This document shows, one piece after another, positions 15,299 to 23,533 of a DNA stretch of 24,515 nt. This DNA is from a virus, in IMG/VR virus record IMGVR_UViG_3300021467_000205, positions 1-24,515 of that record, one strand, 5' to 3'. Each line of letters starts with the position of its first letter. Position 1 is the first letter of the stretch. A program made the translations under genes and the position numbers. The notes beneath the pieces are model-generated. The model was not told where the DNA came from, ran no database searches, and saw only the letters and a program-made list of their open reading frames with translations.

Positions 15299-15723
15299 TT
15301 CCCTCTGCTTCTTATCTTTTTAAGTACCTCTATTACTTGATTTGCTTGTTTCCCTGTCAGCCATCGCAAATCCTGCACTCCTGTCATTTTGAACACAAAA
15401 CGTCTGAGCGCCCGCTCTGGATTTCTTGCAAATGTTACTTCCGCCCATAACACTTCTATCTTTCTGAGTTGCCCCGGAGTGGCCATCCCAGGGCGTTTGC
15501 CCAGGTCATCATATTTTTTACGCTTTCTTTTCTCTTTAAAGCCTCGTTTTTTGAAGGCATCTAGCACCTTTTCAAGCTCAGCCAGGCTCATCTGGGAGCA
15601 ACTTTCCTTAGCGGCTTGCGCCTGCAAAAAGTCACGATACACCACATCATCAAAGCCAAGCTGCACTTTAGCAATGTGAATTTTTGCAATCAGTATTTTG
15701 CGTAGGTCTTTTGCCTCAGGCAT
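15295..15723 (-). CDS. gemA: Regulatory protein GemA (Mu gp16 / DUF1018)
   Basis: LIAKIHIAK.QLG.DD..YR.FL, SCSQMS..EL.KVL..FKKRGF, Q.RKI..LW, L.WLT..QA..VIE.LK. Confidence 0.88.
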   Translation of the reverse strand: MPEAKDLRKILIAKIHIAKVQLGFDDVVYRDFLQAQAAKESCSQMSLAELEKVLDAFKKRGFKEKRKRKKYDDLGKRPGMATPGQLRKIEVLWAEVTFARNPERALRRFVFKMTGVQDLRWLTGKQANQVIEVLKKIRSRGK

Positions 15724-15886
15724 AACGCTCCCTTTTAATGAAATATCGTATTAAATCTTTGGCTCGCACCCAATATTCTTTCCCTGTGTTCTTATTTTTT
15801 ATTTTCACATCAAAATCACGCACTTCTATAATCACATAGATATTTTTGTTAACCTTATGTATCCACTGTTGTCCCACTTTAAACAT
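15716..15886 (-). CDS. Hypothetical 56-aa protein (not in ORF track)
   Basis: ATG 15886 after GAGG RBS; MFKVGQQWIHKVNKNIYVIIEVRDFDVKIKNKNTGKEYWVRAKDLIRYFIKRERYA; fills the gap and overlaps the gemA start. Confidence 0.75.
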   Translation of the reverse strand: MFKVGQQWIHKVNKNIYVIIEVRDFDVKIKNKNTGKEYWVRAKDLIRYFIKRERYA

Positions 15887-15888
15887 GC

Positions 15889-16260
15889 CTAAACCTCTTT
15901 TAAATCAAGTTTAAGTTGCTCTAAAAGGCTCCTTAATTTGATATTTTTTAGTTCGCTTGCCCGCCTGAGCAGAGAAAGGGCGTGTTTATAATACTTACAA
16001 TACGTCTCTTCTATTTCCTCCTGTGTGGCCGGGATGTAGTATCCGCCGTGCTCAGGATGATAGGAAGCACAGATTGGTTTGTGAAACACATTCACTAGCC
16101 TGCTGACCGCATTTCTCACCGCCCGCTCAGGCGCATTGAGTTTCCTAGCCAGCACCCGGTAAGTAATCGCCAGACGCTTACCTTTATGCCATCGTAACTC
16201 AGCCCAAACGGCTCTTTCTAAATCAGTCATTTTGGGACGCATTTTGTCCGACCTTTTCAT
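15889..16260 (-). CDS. Winged-HTH protein, paralog of 17856-18239
   Basis: H.GK..AI, ERAVR..VS.L, PICAS...GGYY motif. Confidence 0.72.
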   Translation of the reverse strand: MKRSDKMRPKMTDLERAVWAELRWHKGKRLAITYRVLARKLNAPERAVRNAVSRLVNVFHKPICASYHPEHGGYYIPATQEEIEETYCKYYKHALSLLRRASELKNIKLRSLLEQLKLDLKEV

Positions 16261-16302
16261 CTGTTAGTTTCCCCAACCAGACTAACCAATGTGATCTGTC
16301 AT

Positions 16303-16479
16303 TCACTTCCTATTCCTCCGCCTGCTTTGTTTTGCCCTTTTATTGCGCTTTCTTCTCTTCTCGACCTTTTTGTCTTTCTTTGTAGAAGGCGGAAGCTTTC
16401 TGGTTGGTTGTGGTGTTCGTGTCTCCGCCAGTATAGTGGCTAGTGCCGCCCAAAACAGCATCTCTCCTGTTTTACTCAT
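16303..16479 (-). CDS. Small basic protein (probable start 16479)
   Basis: ATGA overlap with upstream stop; Lys/Arg-rich C-terminus. Confidence 0.55.
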   Translation of the reverse strand: MSKTGEMLFWAALATILAETRTPQPTRKLPPSTKKDKKVEKRRKRNKRAKQSRRRNRK

Positions 16480-16712
16480 TTGATTGACTTCACTTCGCAA
16501 AATTTAGATAGGTTTTGTTTTTTAATCCATTTTAGAATCCTATCCGGGTCAAAACCGTAAATGCGATATAATTTTCCTTTTCTGCTTTCATAACCCAGCA
16601 AGTCTCCTTTGGGGAAACTGCGTGGCTTGCAGCCTTTAAGAACTCGTAAAACTACAAGACCATTATATTTTTTTGCTTCTATAGCCTCTTGTTTAAGGTC
16701 TTCTATCGTCAT
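16476..16712 (-). CDS. Hypothetical protein, 78 aa
   Basis: AGGAG RBS; start abuts upstream stop. Confidence 0.7.
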   Translation of the reverse strand: MTIEDLKQEAIEAKKYNGLVVLRVLKGCKPRSFPKGDLLGYESRKGKLYRIYGFDPDRILKWIKKQNLSKFCEVKSIK

Positions 16713-16802
16713 TTAACTCCTCTTTGGTTGAGTAAAGAACCAATAACAAACAATTCCTAAAAATATCCATAATATTACAAGTATCTCTAAAAAATCTATC
16801 AT
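16713..16802 (-). CDS. 29-aa single-TM peptide (not in ORF track)
   Basis: GGAGGAG RBS then ATG 16802; MIDFLEILVILWIFLGIVCYWFFTQPKRS; stop abuts next ATG. Confidence 0.72.
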   Translation of the reverse strand: MIDFLEILVILWIFLGIVCYWFFTQPKRS

Positions 16803-16812
16803 TTTCTCCTCC

Positions 16813-17022
16813 TTAAATTTTATACTTTCTTCTTTTGCTTTTACGATTCCTAGCCTTCACATAACACTCCTCATTACAACAATGGTAGGGACCGTAACAA
16901 GTTAGGATAGACCGTTGAAGGTGTTTGATATAGGCTTCTCCTTCACTAGTCCACGAAACAATACCTTCTTTCCCACAACCATCACATTTGCCAAATTTTA
17001 TTCCTTTTAATCTTTTCGCCAT
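16813..17022 (-). CDS. Small Cys-rich putative zinc-finger protein
   Basis: CDGC...HCCNEEC; basic C-terminus; GAGGAAG RBS. Confidence 0.65.
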   Translation of the reverse strand: MAKRLKGIKFGKCDGCGKEGIVSWTSEGEAYIKHLQRSILTCYGPYHCCNEECYVKARNRKSKRRKYKI

Positions 17023-17041
17023 TCTTCCTCTCTCTTTATAT

Positions 17042-17380
17042 TCAATGCTTGCTCACTGTGGTTTTTGAAATGTCATATTCCTCTAAAATCGCTACTTGTT
17101 TATCTGCTTTAGTCATGGGTAAATTAGCCAATATAAATTCAATATCTTCTAGAGTTAACCAAATACCAAAATAGCCACCAAAGGTAATAAAAAAGAAATT
17201 CTCGCCACTTTTTTGAACCTCTTTTTTAATTCTTTGTAATGCCTTTATAAAGGTAACCTTTTCAACTCTTCCATGCAGATAAAAAGTAAATCGCCCTTCA
17301 GCCATCGTAAGTGCATAATCTTCATCCCCCCTATCTGTTCTGCACCTAATTCTCCACTTATTGTTTTCAGCTATAAGCAT
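17042..17380 (-). CDS. Hypothetical protein, 112 aa
   Basis: GGAG RBS; packed in the early operon. Confidence 0.7.
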   Translation of the reverse strand: MLIAENNKWRIRCRTDRGDEDYALTMAEGRFTFYLHGRVEKVTFIKALQRIKKEVQKSGENFFFITFGGYFGIWLTLEDIEFILANLPMTKADKQVAILEEYDISKTTVSKH

Positions 17381-17388
17381 TTTTTCTC

Positions 17389-17859
17389 CTATTCATATAG
17401 TTCATAACTAAAACTTTCCTTTAATTTTCTTTCAGTGCCCACTAAAAATAGCTTTTCATCCGTCCATTTTTCCAGGACATCCCATCTGACAGACTTACTT
17501 ACTTTAATAGCCTCAGTCATACCCAGCTCCTCAAGTTTATCTAAGACCCCCCTTGCCCGCTTAATTTTCCATTGCGCATGATACAAAAGCGCTCCATGCT
17601 GAAGCTCCACTCTTTGTGTTTCAGCAAAGAGCTCCTCCCTCTCATACTTGCAAAGGGTTTTAATCTTTTTGTCCAGTGTTTGAATAATTGACTCTAAATC
17701 TTTTATTTCTGCCACATATTTCCCCCTAATCTTAGCTATTTCCGCTTCAGCCTCGTCCTGAATTGCCTTTAATCTGCATTTATATTCAGCCATTTGCATC
17801 AATAATTGATCTGCCTCTTTATGTGCCTCTGATAAATATAATTTCCTAGCTACCCTCAT
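17389..17859 (-). CDS. gam: Host-nuclease inhibitor Gam (Mu Gam family)
   Basis: N-terminal coiled coil, ELFA..+.V.L.HG.L, L..L..LG..EAIKV..SV.WD.L, GTERK.KE.F.YE. Confidence 0.8.
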   Translation of the reverse strand: MRVARKLYLSEAHKEADQLLMQMAEYKCRLKAIQDEAEAEIAKIRGKYVAEIKDLESIIQTLDKKIKTLCKYEREELFAETQRVELQHGALLYHAQWKIKRARGVLDKLEELGMTEAIKVSKSVRWDVLEKWTDEKLFLVGTERKLKESFSYELYE

Positions 17860-18239
17860 ATCGCCTCCCTTGTTAAATTAAGTTGAATTTGCCCTATCAG
17901 TTGAGGCAAGGTTAGACGCCGCAACTTTGCTTCCATTGCCAAAGCCCTCAAGGCCCTTTGCCTGAGCTTTTTACAATATACCTCTAAATCCGAGCCCACC
18001 GAGGCTAAATAATATCCCCCTCCTGTTTGCTCGGTTGAAGAACAAATAGGTACCCCTTCTTTTCTTAGTTCCGTAATGATTTGTCTTATTTCTCTAGTGC
18101 CTGTAATTTTATCTTTTGGTTCTTTCTCAAAAACAAGTCTATAAAGCTCGGCCATACTTATAGCCCTTGCTTTACCAATATGCCTTGAAAGCACAGCCAA
18201 AAGTCGTGCTTTATACCTCTCTTGTTCTTTTTTTCTCAT
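17856..18239 (-). CDS. Winged-HTH protein, paralog of 15889-16260
   Basis: HIGK.RAISM.EL, REIRQII.ELR.EGVPICSS...GGGYY. Confidence 0.75.
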   Translation of the reverse strand: MRKKEQERYKARLLAVLSRHIGKARAISMAELYRLVFEKEPKDKITGTREIRQIITELRKEGVPICSSTEQTGGGYYLASVGSDLEVYCKKLRQRALRALAMEAKLRRLTLPQLIGQIQLNLTREAI

Positions 18240-18269
18240 TTTCTCCTCCTTCTAACAACAATTGCTCTA

Positions 18270-18494
18270 CTAGCGTGCATACCTTTCTACTTCTTGTTCT
18301 TGACAAAGCACCTTCCACTCTGTGCAATTTTCACACGGCCCAGGCATAGGAAATATATTAGGGTTTGTCCATCGCCCAATTTCTTTCAGCCTGGGCCTTT
18401 TTCTGTTTGCCTCACATTGCTTAGGACTAATCCGTCCTAAGCCATGTGGACATACAAAAGTGTTATCCTTTAGCCACTTCTCTTTGTCTGGCAT
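18270..18494 (-). CDS. Cys-rich (CPxxxG...C...CxxC...C) domain protein, 74 aa
   Basis: Five Cys; strong protein and DNA similarity to residues 35-85 of the tail chaperone. Confidence 0.75.
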   Translation of the reverse strand: MPDKEKWLKDNTFVCPHGLGRISPKQCEANRKRPRLKEIGRWTNPNIFPMPGPCENCTEWKVLCQEQEVERYAR

Positions 18495-18748
18495 CTTCCT
18501 TCTCGTCCCAACCGTTTTGCTACCAATTCCTTTGCTCGTTCTACCGTGTTTAAATACTCATCAATAGACCTGGCCAGTATCTCACATCGCCTCTTACATT
18601 CCTTAAAATCTAAATTTCTGCTATTTTTCGCCACAAATGACATAAGCTCCCCAATATTATCCTCTACTGCCTTTTTATATCCCTCTAAAATCTTGCTTAA
18701 ATTGTTCATATGTACCCTCTCTAAATCTATTTTAAAAAGGTAAGCCAT
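18470..18748 (-). CDS. Hypothetical helical protein (start uncertain)
   Basis: ORF overlapping both neighbours in operon fashion. Confidence 0.6.
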   Translation of the reverse strand: MAYLFKIDLERVHMNNLSKILEGYKKAVEDNIGELMSFVAKNSRNLDFKECKRRCEILARSIDEYLNTVERAKELVAKRLGREGRCQTKRSG

Positions 18749-18998
18749 TGTGCCGCCGGGGTCTGCCGACGTATACCGTGATCACCGTGTTCAGCCGCTT
18801 GTCAAGCTTAAAAAGCAATCCATGCCGATAGTTCCAAAAGATTGCCGGCATGTAAAAAAACTGCCCGTTTGCCTGTCTGATCTCCCGAAATTGCTGAATG
18901 CAGATTGCCTGTTTTAGTAATCCTTCTATTTCTTTCTCCCCTGGCCTATACCCCATTAAATCTGTCCACTTTTCTACAAAATGTCTTGAAAGCCTCAT
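18732..18998 (-). CDS. Hypothetical protein, possible RelE/BECR-like fold (probable start 18998)
   Basis: TAATG overlap with upstream stop; LS.HF...W N-terminus and D...NTVITVY C-terminus. Confidence 0.55.
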   Translation of the reverse strand: MRLSRHFVEKWTDLMGYRPGEKEIEGLLKQAICIQQFREIRQANGQFFYMPAIFWNYRHGLLFKLDKRLNTVITVYVGRPRRHNGLPF

Positions 18999-19321
18999 TA
19001 ACCCCTCCGTAAAGGGCATTTAAGGCAAGTCTTATACAGTCTTAAAGTAACCGGATTGCCTACCTTAAGCCCGATTTTTTTTGCCCTTTGCCAGTTTTCT
19101 GCACACCTATCCGGTTCGATCGGTCCAAGCACAGGGCAATTAACCTTATCCCCGCTGCCGTATATGGCCATTACTTTCTTTTTTATGTTTTCTGTGCTGG
19201 CTGGGTATTTGTTGTTTATCACTAAATACACCGTCGTTTTGGCTATACCCAGCTCTTTGGCCACCTGAGCATCGCCCTTAGAGTTGACCTGTTTTGCCAA
19301 TATTTCACGCCACATCGTCAT
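18998..19321 (-). CDS. XRE-like HTH protein with C-terminal CPxLG/CxxC domain
   Basis: AQVAKELGIAKTTVYLVINNKYP HTH; VNCPVLGPI....C...NP...CLKC. Confidence 0.78.
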   Translation of the reverse strand: MTMWREILAKQVNSKGDAQVAKELGIAKTTVYLVINNKYPASTENIKKKVMAIYGSGDKVNCPVLGPIEPDRCAENWQRAKKIGLKVGNPVTLRLYKTCLKCPLRRG

Positions 19322-19647
19322 CCCCTCCTGATTACAGTTTCCGGGTCCTCAACCCAGTATTCATTGGTGTTAGGATCAAAAAGAAATCGCAAATCCTTTT
19401 GCACTGGTGGTTTAGGTCCGGTGTTTTTCACCAACCGATACACCCAGTGTGTGCCTTTCCCATTTAGATTGGGTTTGCGTCTTTTCCGTAAATACCCTGC
19501 ATCCGCTAAAATTTTTAGATACCGTTTGATATTGACATAGGTAGCGTCAGTAAGCATTTCTATATCCGCAGAAGTAAATTCCTCTTTATGAGCCCGGATT
19601 ACCTTCCAGATTTTGGCCCTATCTGTTTGCATCCGCACCTTATTCAT
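19318..19647 (-). CDS. Winged-HTH protein typical of the gene after MuB in Mu-like prophages
   Basis: IWKVIR...EFT..DI, YLKIL..AGYL, YRLVKNTGPKPP, FDPNT. Confidence 0.72.
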   Translation of the reverse strand: MNKVRMQTDRAKIWKVIRAHKEEFTSADIEMLTDATYVNIKRYLKILADAGYLRKRRKPNLNGKGTHWVYRLVKNTGPKPPVQKDLRFLFDPNTNEYWVEDPETVIRRG

Positions 19648-20330
19648 TTTGTCCCCTCCAAATCCCTTGCTGTAACAACCTTCCCCTTGTTTGTCTTTGC
19701 CATTCGCTCACATAGATACAAACACACCACCACTCGCCTAAATTTCCCACCTGATTTATCCCACACCCATTTCAGGGCTGAATCCTCAAGCTTCGCCTCG
19801 CAAATGGTCTCAGCCGTTAGTCGCACATCATCAAGACTAAGCGGTTGAAATTTCACTATCTGAGAAAAACGGTCATAAAGATGTTTATAACGGGCCAGTT
19901 TTTTATCAGCCTGACTCATACCGATATACACAAAAGGAGCACCGGTAATATCGTGCAGGTCCCGCAGAGTTTCAATTACACGAGCATCGTAGGTAAGATA
20001 GTCCACTTCATCTATGAACACGATGCGTGGCTTCTCTAAAAGGGCATCTTGTGCTTGCCTAAAAAGATCACTTGTCCTCCACGCCGGTGCTTCACCAAGC
20101 TCTGCCACAAGCTCTTCAAGCAACCAGCGGCCGGACATGAGCTTTTTTGTGCGGATAAATATCGCTCCATCATCCTGGGCCACATACCAGAGGGCTGTGG
20201 CGGTTTTGCCGTAACCGGGCTCGCCATATACAAGTGCCATACCCGGAATGCCCTCCTGACGTGTCTTTAGTGACACCATTGCATCCAAAAAATGCCTAAC
20301 ATTTGACACTTTGACAAACTGCTTTTTCAC
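19644..20330 (-). CDS. MuB: Transposition ATPase (MuB-like, AAA)
   Basis: GEPGYGKT Walker A, IFIDEVD Walker B, LRDLHD; directly after the transposase. Confidence 0.92.
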   Translation of the reverse strand: MKKQFVKVSNVRHFLDAMVSLKTRQEGIPGMALVYGEPGYGKTATALWYVAQDDGAIFIRTKKLMSGRWLLEELVAELGEAPAWRTSDLFRQAQDALLEKPRIVFIDEVDYLTYDARVIETLRDLHDITGAPFVYIGMSQADKKLARYKHLYDRFSQIVKFQPLSLDDVRLTAETICEAKLEDSALKWVWDKSGGKFRRVVVCLYLCERMAKTNKGKVVTARDLEGTK

Positions 20331-20332
20331 GA

Positions 20333-22561
20333 TTAACCTCCTGTTTGAACCTTTCTTCTATGCCCTGCGTGGGCTTCGGCCCACCAGGGCGTTCCTTTTT
20401 TTTCGTCCTCTTCTTTGTAAATCAGCCGATACATATCTGTGGTGATAAACCATTTAATAAACTCCACTTCTTTTTCATCTCTGAGAGGCCGACCTTTTTC
20501 TAGATACTGCTGCCGATACCACTCATACGCCCTCCAGGTGTCCGCTCCAAAGAACGGCACATCATCTGCTTGGCTGTCTGTATCACCCCTTTTCTCTTTT
20601 TGTTTGTTAGACAATTGCACTACCTTTTGTTCAATTGCCTGTATATCTTTAATAAATTTTGTTTCATCTGGGGCAGATGTTTCGGCTTCTATACGCTCAA
20701 TGGTCTCTGGAATGTTCGGCACCTGAGAAACAACCTCATTCCAGGGCAGTTCTGGTAAAGACCTGCCGGATTGAATGGCCGCTTTGGCAAGCTGGACAGT
20801 CTGTTTTTTGAGTCGCTTTTTCTGGGAAATACCTTGCTTAACAGCCTGCATATCAAGAGGATTGCCGATAAGAAATACAGCCGGATGGACGCTTTCCACC
20901 AGTTCTGCTGGCCCAAGATAATTGCCGCGCAGGTCAAAAACATAGATGCGGCTCAGGTTAGTGAATATATAGCGAATGATTACCTTTTCCCGCAGGCCAT
21001 ATAGATTTTCATTCCAGTATTGGTTGCCAAGGAAGGAGATGCCGTTTCGGAATACTTGTTTCACTTCATACGGCATCATGAGAAAGAAAAGCTGCTCTAC
21101 ATCCACTCCCGGCCCTTTGCCGGCATTAAACACTTCCCCAGGTGTGCGGCCTCTAAGTCCACGGTGGGGCTGGCTGGCATAAAATTCACGCCAAGAGTAA
21201 AAGAGTTGGATCACCTGCGGAATAGTGGGTATCCATTTACCCTTGATGCGTTTGGCCAGTTTTTCATTGCGTTTAAGGTAGGCAGGTTTGTCATCTATGT
21301 TCTGCCCCACATAACTTGGCAGCATCCGCTCAAACCACTCATTAAATGTACCAAAGAAACGCTCAACCGGCTTTGACTGGGCGTTGTATGGCCAGCAAAA
21401 GTGAGTGTGAATGCCAAGCCGGGCATACATGCCGTATATACCCGCCTCTTCAAGGTTTACTTCGCTCGTAAATATCTTGGCTTTGAAGGCCTTGCCGTTA
21501 TCCAGAATTACAGCCTTAGGCATCTTGCCCAGGGTAATGATGGCATCGGCCAGGGCACAGGCAATGGCCTGGGTGTCTTCCTGGATCATTATAGAAATGC
21601 CCACTGGAAATCTACTTGCCCAATCGTAAAAAAGGATTAGTGCCGGCCGATAGGGCTTACCGGTAAAGGGATTGATTACTTGAAAGTTGCACCGCTTGCC
21701 ATCTGCTACCAATACCTCGCCGACTCCAAGCAAATCGGCATTGCGCTTAAGGTATGGAAGGACTTTGTCGTTTAAACCCTTTTCGCCCTCACGAAGCAGC
21801 GTCCAGAGATCATAATTTTGCGCCCGCCATTCCTTCACCCACCGGCGCATCGTGTCATAAGAGGATGGAGATGGAATGCCACGCTGGGCAAGGATGTGTT
21901 TGGCAATGCGGATAGCGGTGTTTATCTTAATCTGGTTTTGATAGAGAAGGATATCTAAAAGGATATTTTTCTCATCTTCTGTTATCTTGCGCTGCCCTTT
22001 GTTATGCCCCCACCGCGGAGCAAGGGCTGTATAGTCATCTTCTGCTTCAGAAAGGGTCTTATCCCATACATATAGAGTTTTTATGGAAATCTGGCCTAAA
22101 ATTTCATAGATTTTCGGGAAAAGTAGGGCTGAATTATAGCTTTTTATAAAATTTTCAGCCGCCTTTAAGACCTTTTCACCCCGTTTTTTAGCCGCTTCTT
22201 TCTCAGCTCTAAAGGCTCTAACCAGATCCGCTCTGGCTAAAGCAATACGTTCTGCCCACTGCGGAAGCTGTGTTGGTTCATGATAGATATTTTGTGAGCT
22301 GACCGGCGCAAGTTGACGTTGACTTTGAATATGGGTAATAACAGTGTTGGGATTGTTTTCTACTGGAGAAAGAGCCCTGATGAGCTTAAAACGAATATCC
22401 TGGGGTAGGGAAGAAAGGATGTATTGTTTCTGTTTGCCACCACGGGCACGCCCTTTTATCTGTTGATATGGCCACTTTTCTTTTCTTGCTCTTTTATCAA
22501 TTGTTTGTCTTGAAACCCCTAATATCTCCGCAATTTCTTTAGCTGTGAAGTATTCTTTCAT
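20333..22561 (-). CDS. MuA: DDE transposase (MuA-like), 742 aa
   Basis: N-terminal Mu-type HTH (TAKEIA.ILGVS..T+.KRARKE.W); DDE at VADGK, LDNGKAF, KPVERFF; HRGL.GRTP and GI.F.G..YW C-terminal domain. Confidence 0.95.
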   Translation of the reverse strand: MKEYFTAKEIAEILGVSRQTIDKRARKEKWPYQQIKGRARGGKQKQYILSSLPQDIRFKLIRALSPVENNPNTVITHIQSQRQLAPVSSQNIYHEPTQLPQWAERIALARADLVRAFRAEKEAAKKRGEKVLKAAENFIKSYNSALLFPKIYEILGQISIKTLYVWDKTLSEAEDDYTALAPRWGHNKGQRKITEDEKNILLDILLYQNQIKINTAIRIAKHILAQRGIPSPSSYDTMRRWVKEWRAQNYDLWTLLREGEKGLNDKVLPYLKRNADLLGVGEVLVADGKRCNFQVINPFTGKPYRPALILFYDWASRFPVGISIMIQEDTQAIACALADAIITLGKMPKAVILDNGKAFKAKIFTSEVNLEEAGIYGMYARLGIHTHFCWPYNAQSKPVERFFGTFNEWFERMLPSYVGQNIDDKPAYLKRNEKLAKRIKGKWIPTIPQVIQLFYSWREFYASQPHRGLRGRTPGEVFNAGKGPGVDVEQLFFLMMPYEVKQVFRNGISFLGNQYWNENLYGLREKVIIRYIFTNLSRIYVFDLRGNYLGPAELVESVHPAVFLIGNPLDMQAVKQGISQKKRLKKQTVQLAKAAIQSGRSLPELPWNEVVSQVPNIPETIERIEAETSAPDETKFIKDIQAIEQKVVQLSNKQKEKRGDTDSQADDVPFFGADTWRAYEWYRQQYLEKGRPLRDEKEVEFIKWFITTDMYRLIYKEEDEKKGTPWWAEAHAGHRRKVQTGG

Positions 22562-22836
22562 CTCCGCCCCCAGATTTGCTTTGCCCTCTCTTTAGAAACC
22601 ATATAGAGCGCCCGCTTCCCGGCTGGATATTCTATGAGCGCCAGATAATCCACCCCCAGCCTAGAATGCGGAAAGATTTGTCGTGGATTAAAAAGACCTA
22701 AAAGTTGGCCTTTTGTAGCAGCGTCTTTAGAAAGGTGATAGACAGATAGTTTGCGTAAGTTATGTAATTGCCGTAATTTACTTAAAATGCCGTTAAAATT
22801 TGCCTTCCCAAGCCCGGTACGTATATCCACTGCCAT
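22558..22836 (-). CDS. Hypothetical protein, 92 aa
   Basis: GAGGCGG RBS; abuts upstream stop and overlaps the transposase start (ATGA). Confidence 0.6.
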   Translation of the reverse strand: MAVDIRTGLGKANFNGILSKLRQLHNLRKLSVYHLSKDAATKGQLLGLFNPRQIFPHSRLGVDYLALIEYPAGKRALYMVSKERAKQIWGRR

Positions 22837-23049
22837 TTACGCCGCCTCTTTACAAAACTCTTCCACCCGACAGCCGTGCCTTTTGAGCCACATAGCTATC
22901 CTTTTGTTAGCCTCTTTTCCATTTACGAAATTACAAACACACACTTTAGAAATTTCTAATTCCCTAGCAATTTGACTCTGTTTAACCCCGTTTCTTAAAA
23001 GCCATATCTTTAGTTCTATAGGCCTTTTAATCCTGATGCTTTTTTTCAT
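22837..23049 (-). CDS. Ner/Cro-like XRE HTH regulator
   Basis: LLRNGVKQSQIARELEISK..VCNFVNG HTH; early operon upstream of the transposase. Confidence 0.8.
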   Translation of the reverse strand: MKKSIRIKRPIELKIWLLRNGVKQSQIARELEISKVCVCNFVNGKEANKRIAMWLKRHGCRVEEFCKEAA

Positions 23050-23447
23050 ACTTTGATTTCCTCCATTAAACGGCGTGTTTTTTTAGATAGTGCACGCCTT
23101 TGCAATTCTACCTTCCCCCACTCCAAAATTTTGATTTCACTTGGCCCAATAACTTGCAGCCCAAGCGGCGCCACAAGCGCCTGTAAAGGAAGGATAGATT
23201 TAGTCACCTGGCAAAAAATAGGGAGTAACTTCCAGGGGATTAAATGATTGGCACTGGCCGCCACCCATTTATCTAGTAGAGAAAGGCTTACTTTTGTTTT
23301 TATGCCTTCCACACCGGCCAGCCGGTTTATTTCATCAACAACCTGCTCCCGACTGAGCCTGCACTCTTTAAGAGCTTCTCTCATTGCCGACTTGACCCTG
23401 TTAGTCGGATCAAGGCTGACCTGTTCAAAAAGACTGGGTTGATACAT
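23046..23447 (-). CDS. First early gene; CII-like phage regulatory protein
   Basis: SREQVVDEI..L....VS...LDKW......HLIP...LPIFC.VT.S..PL..L..PLG pattern of Mu-like/temperate phage regulators. Confidence 0.6.
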   Translation of the reverse strand: MYQPSLFEQVSLDPTNRVKSAMREALKECRLSREQVVDEINRLAGVEGIKTKVSLSLLDKWVAASANHLIPWKLLPIFCQVTKSILPLQALVAPLGLQVIGPSEIKILEWGKVELQRRALSKKTRRLMEEIKV

Positions 23448-23471
23448 TTAAGCCCTCTTTAAACACCTCTT

Positions 23472-23516
23472 AAAAACACAAAAGGCACTCCAGCGTGTCC
23501 GCCAAAGTGCCCTTTG
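23472..23516 (-). terminator. Intrinsic terminator/attenuator-like hairpin in the early leader
   Basis: 17-bp stem with 4 G-U pairs and GACA loop on the - strand RNA, with U-rich 3' side (UUUUGUGUUUUU). Confidence 0.65.
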
Positions 23517-23533
23517 ATGTCTGAAATTTAATG

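Noticed and set aside
18240-18300. Alternative-frame tail (..VCTLVEQLLLEGGENEKK) suggesting a frameshifted longer version of 18270-18494
   Set aside because: No slippery site and no independent support; explained by the RBS-containing spacer of the next gene
2665-18464. Duplicated Cys-domain DNA as a diversity-generating retroelement template/variable repeat pair
   Set aside because: Differences are not restricted to adenines (e.g. GGT/GGC, TCC/CCC, TTG/CTG) and include an indel; no reverse transcriptase in the window
1204-22975. Numerous + strand ORFs and alternate-frame - strand ORFs (e.g. 1337-1612, 4345-4566, 9575-9898, 11038-11352, 21020-21376)
   Set aside because: All lie antisense to or within well-supported phage genes and lack RBSs or motifs; treated as shadow ORFs
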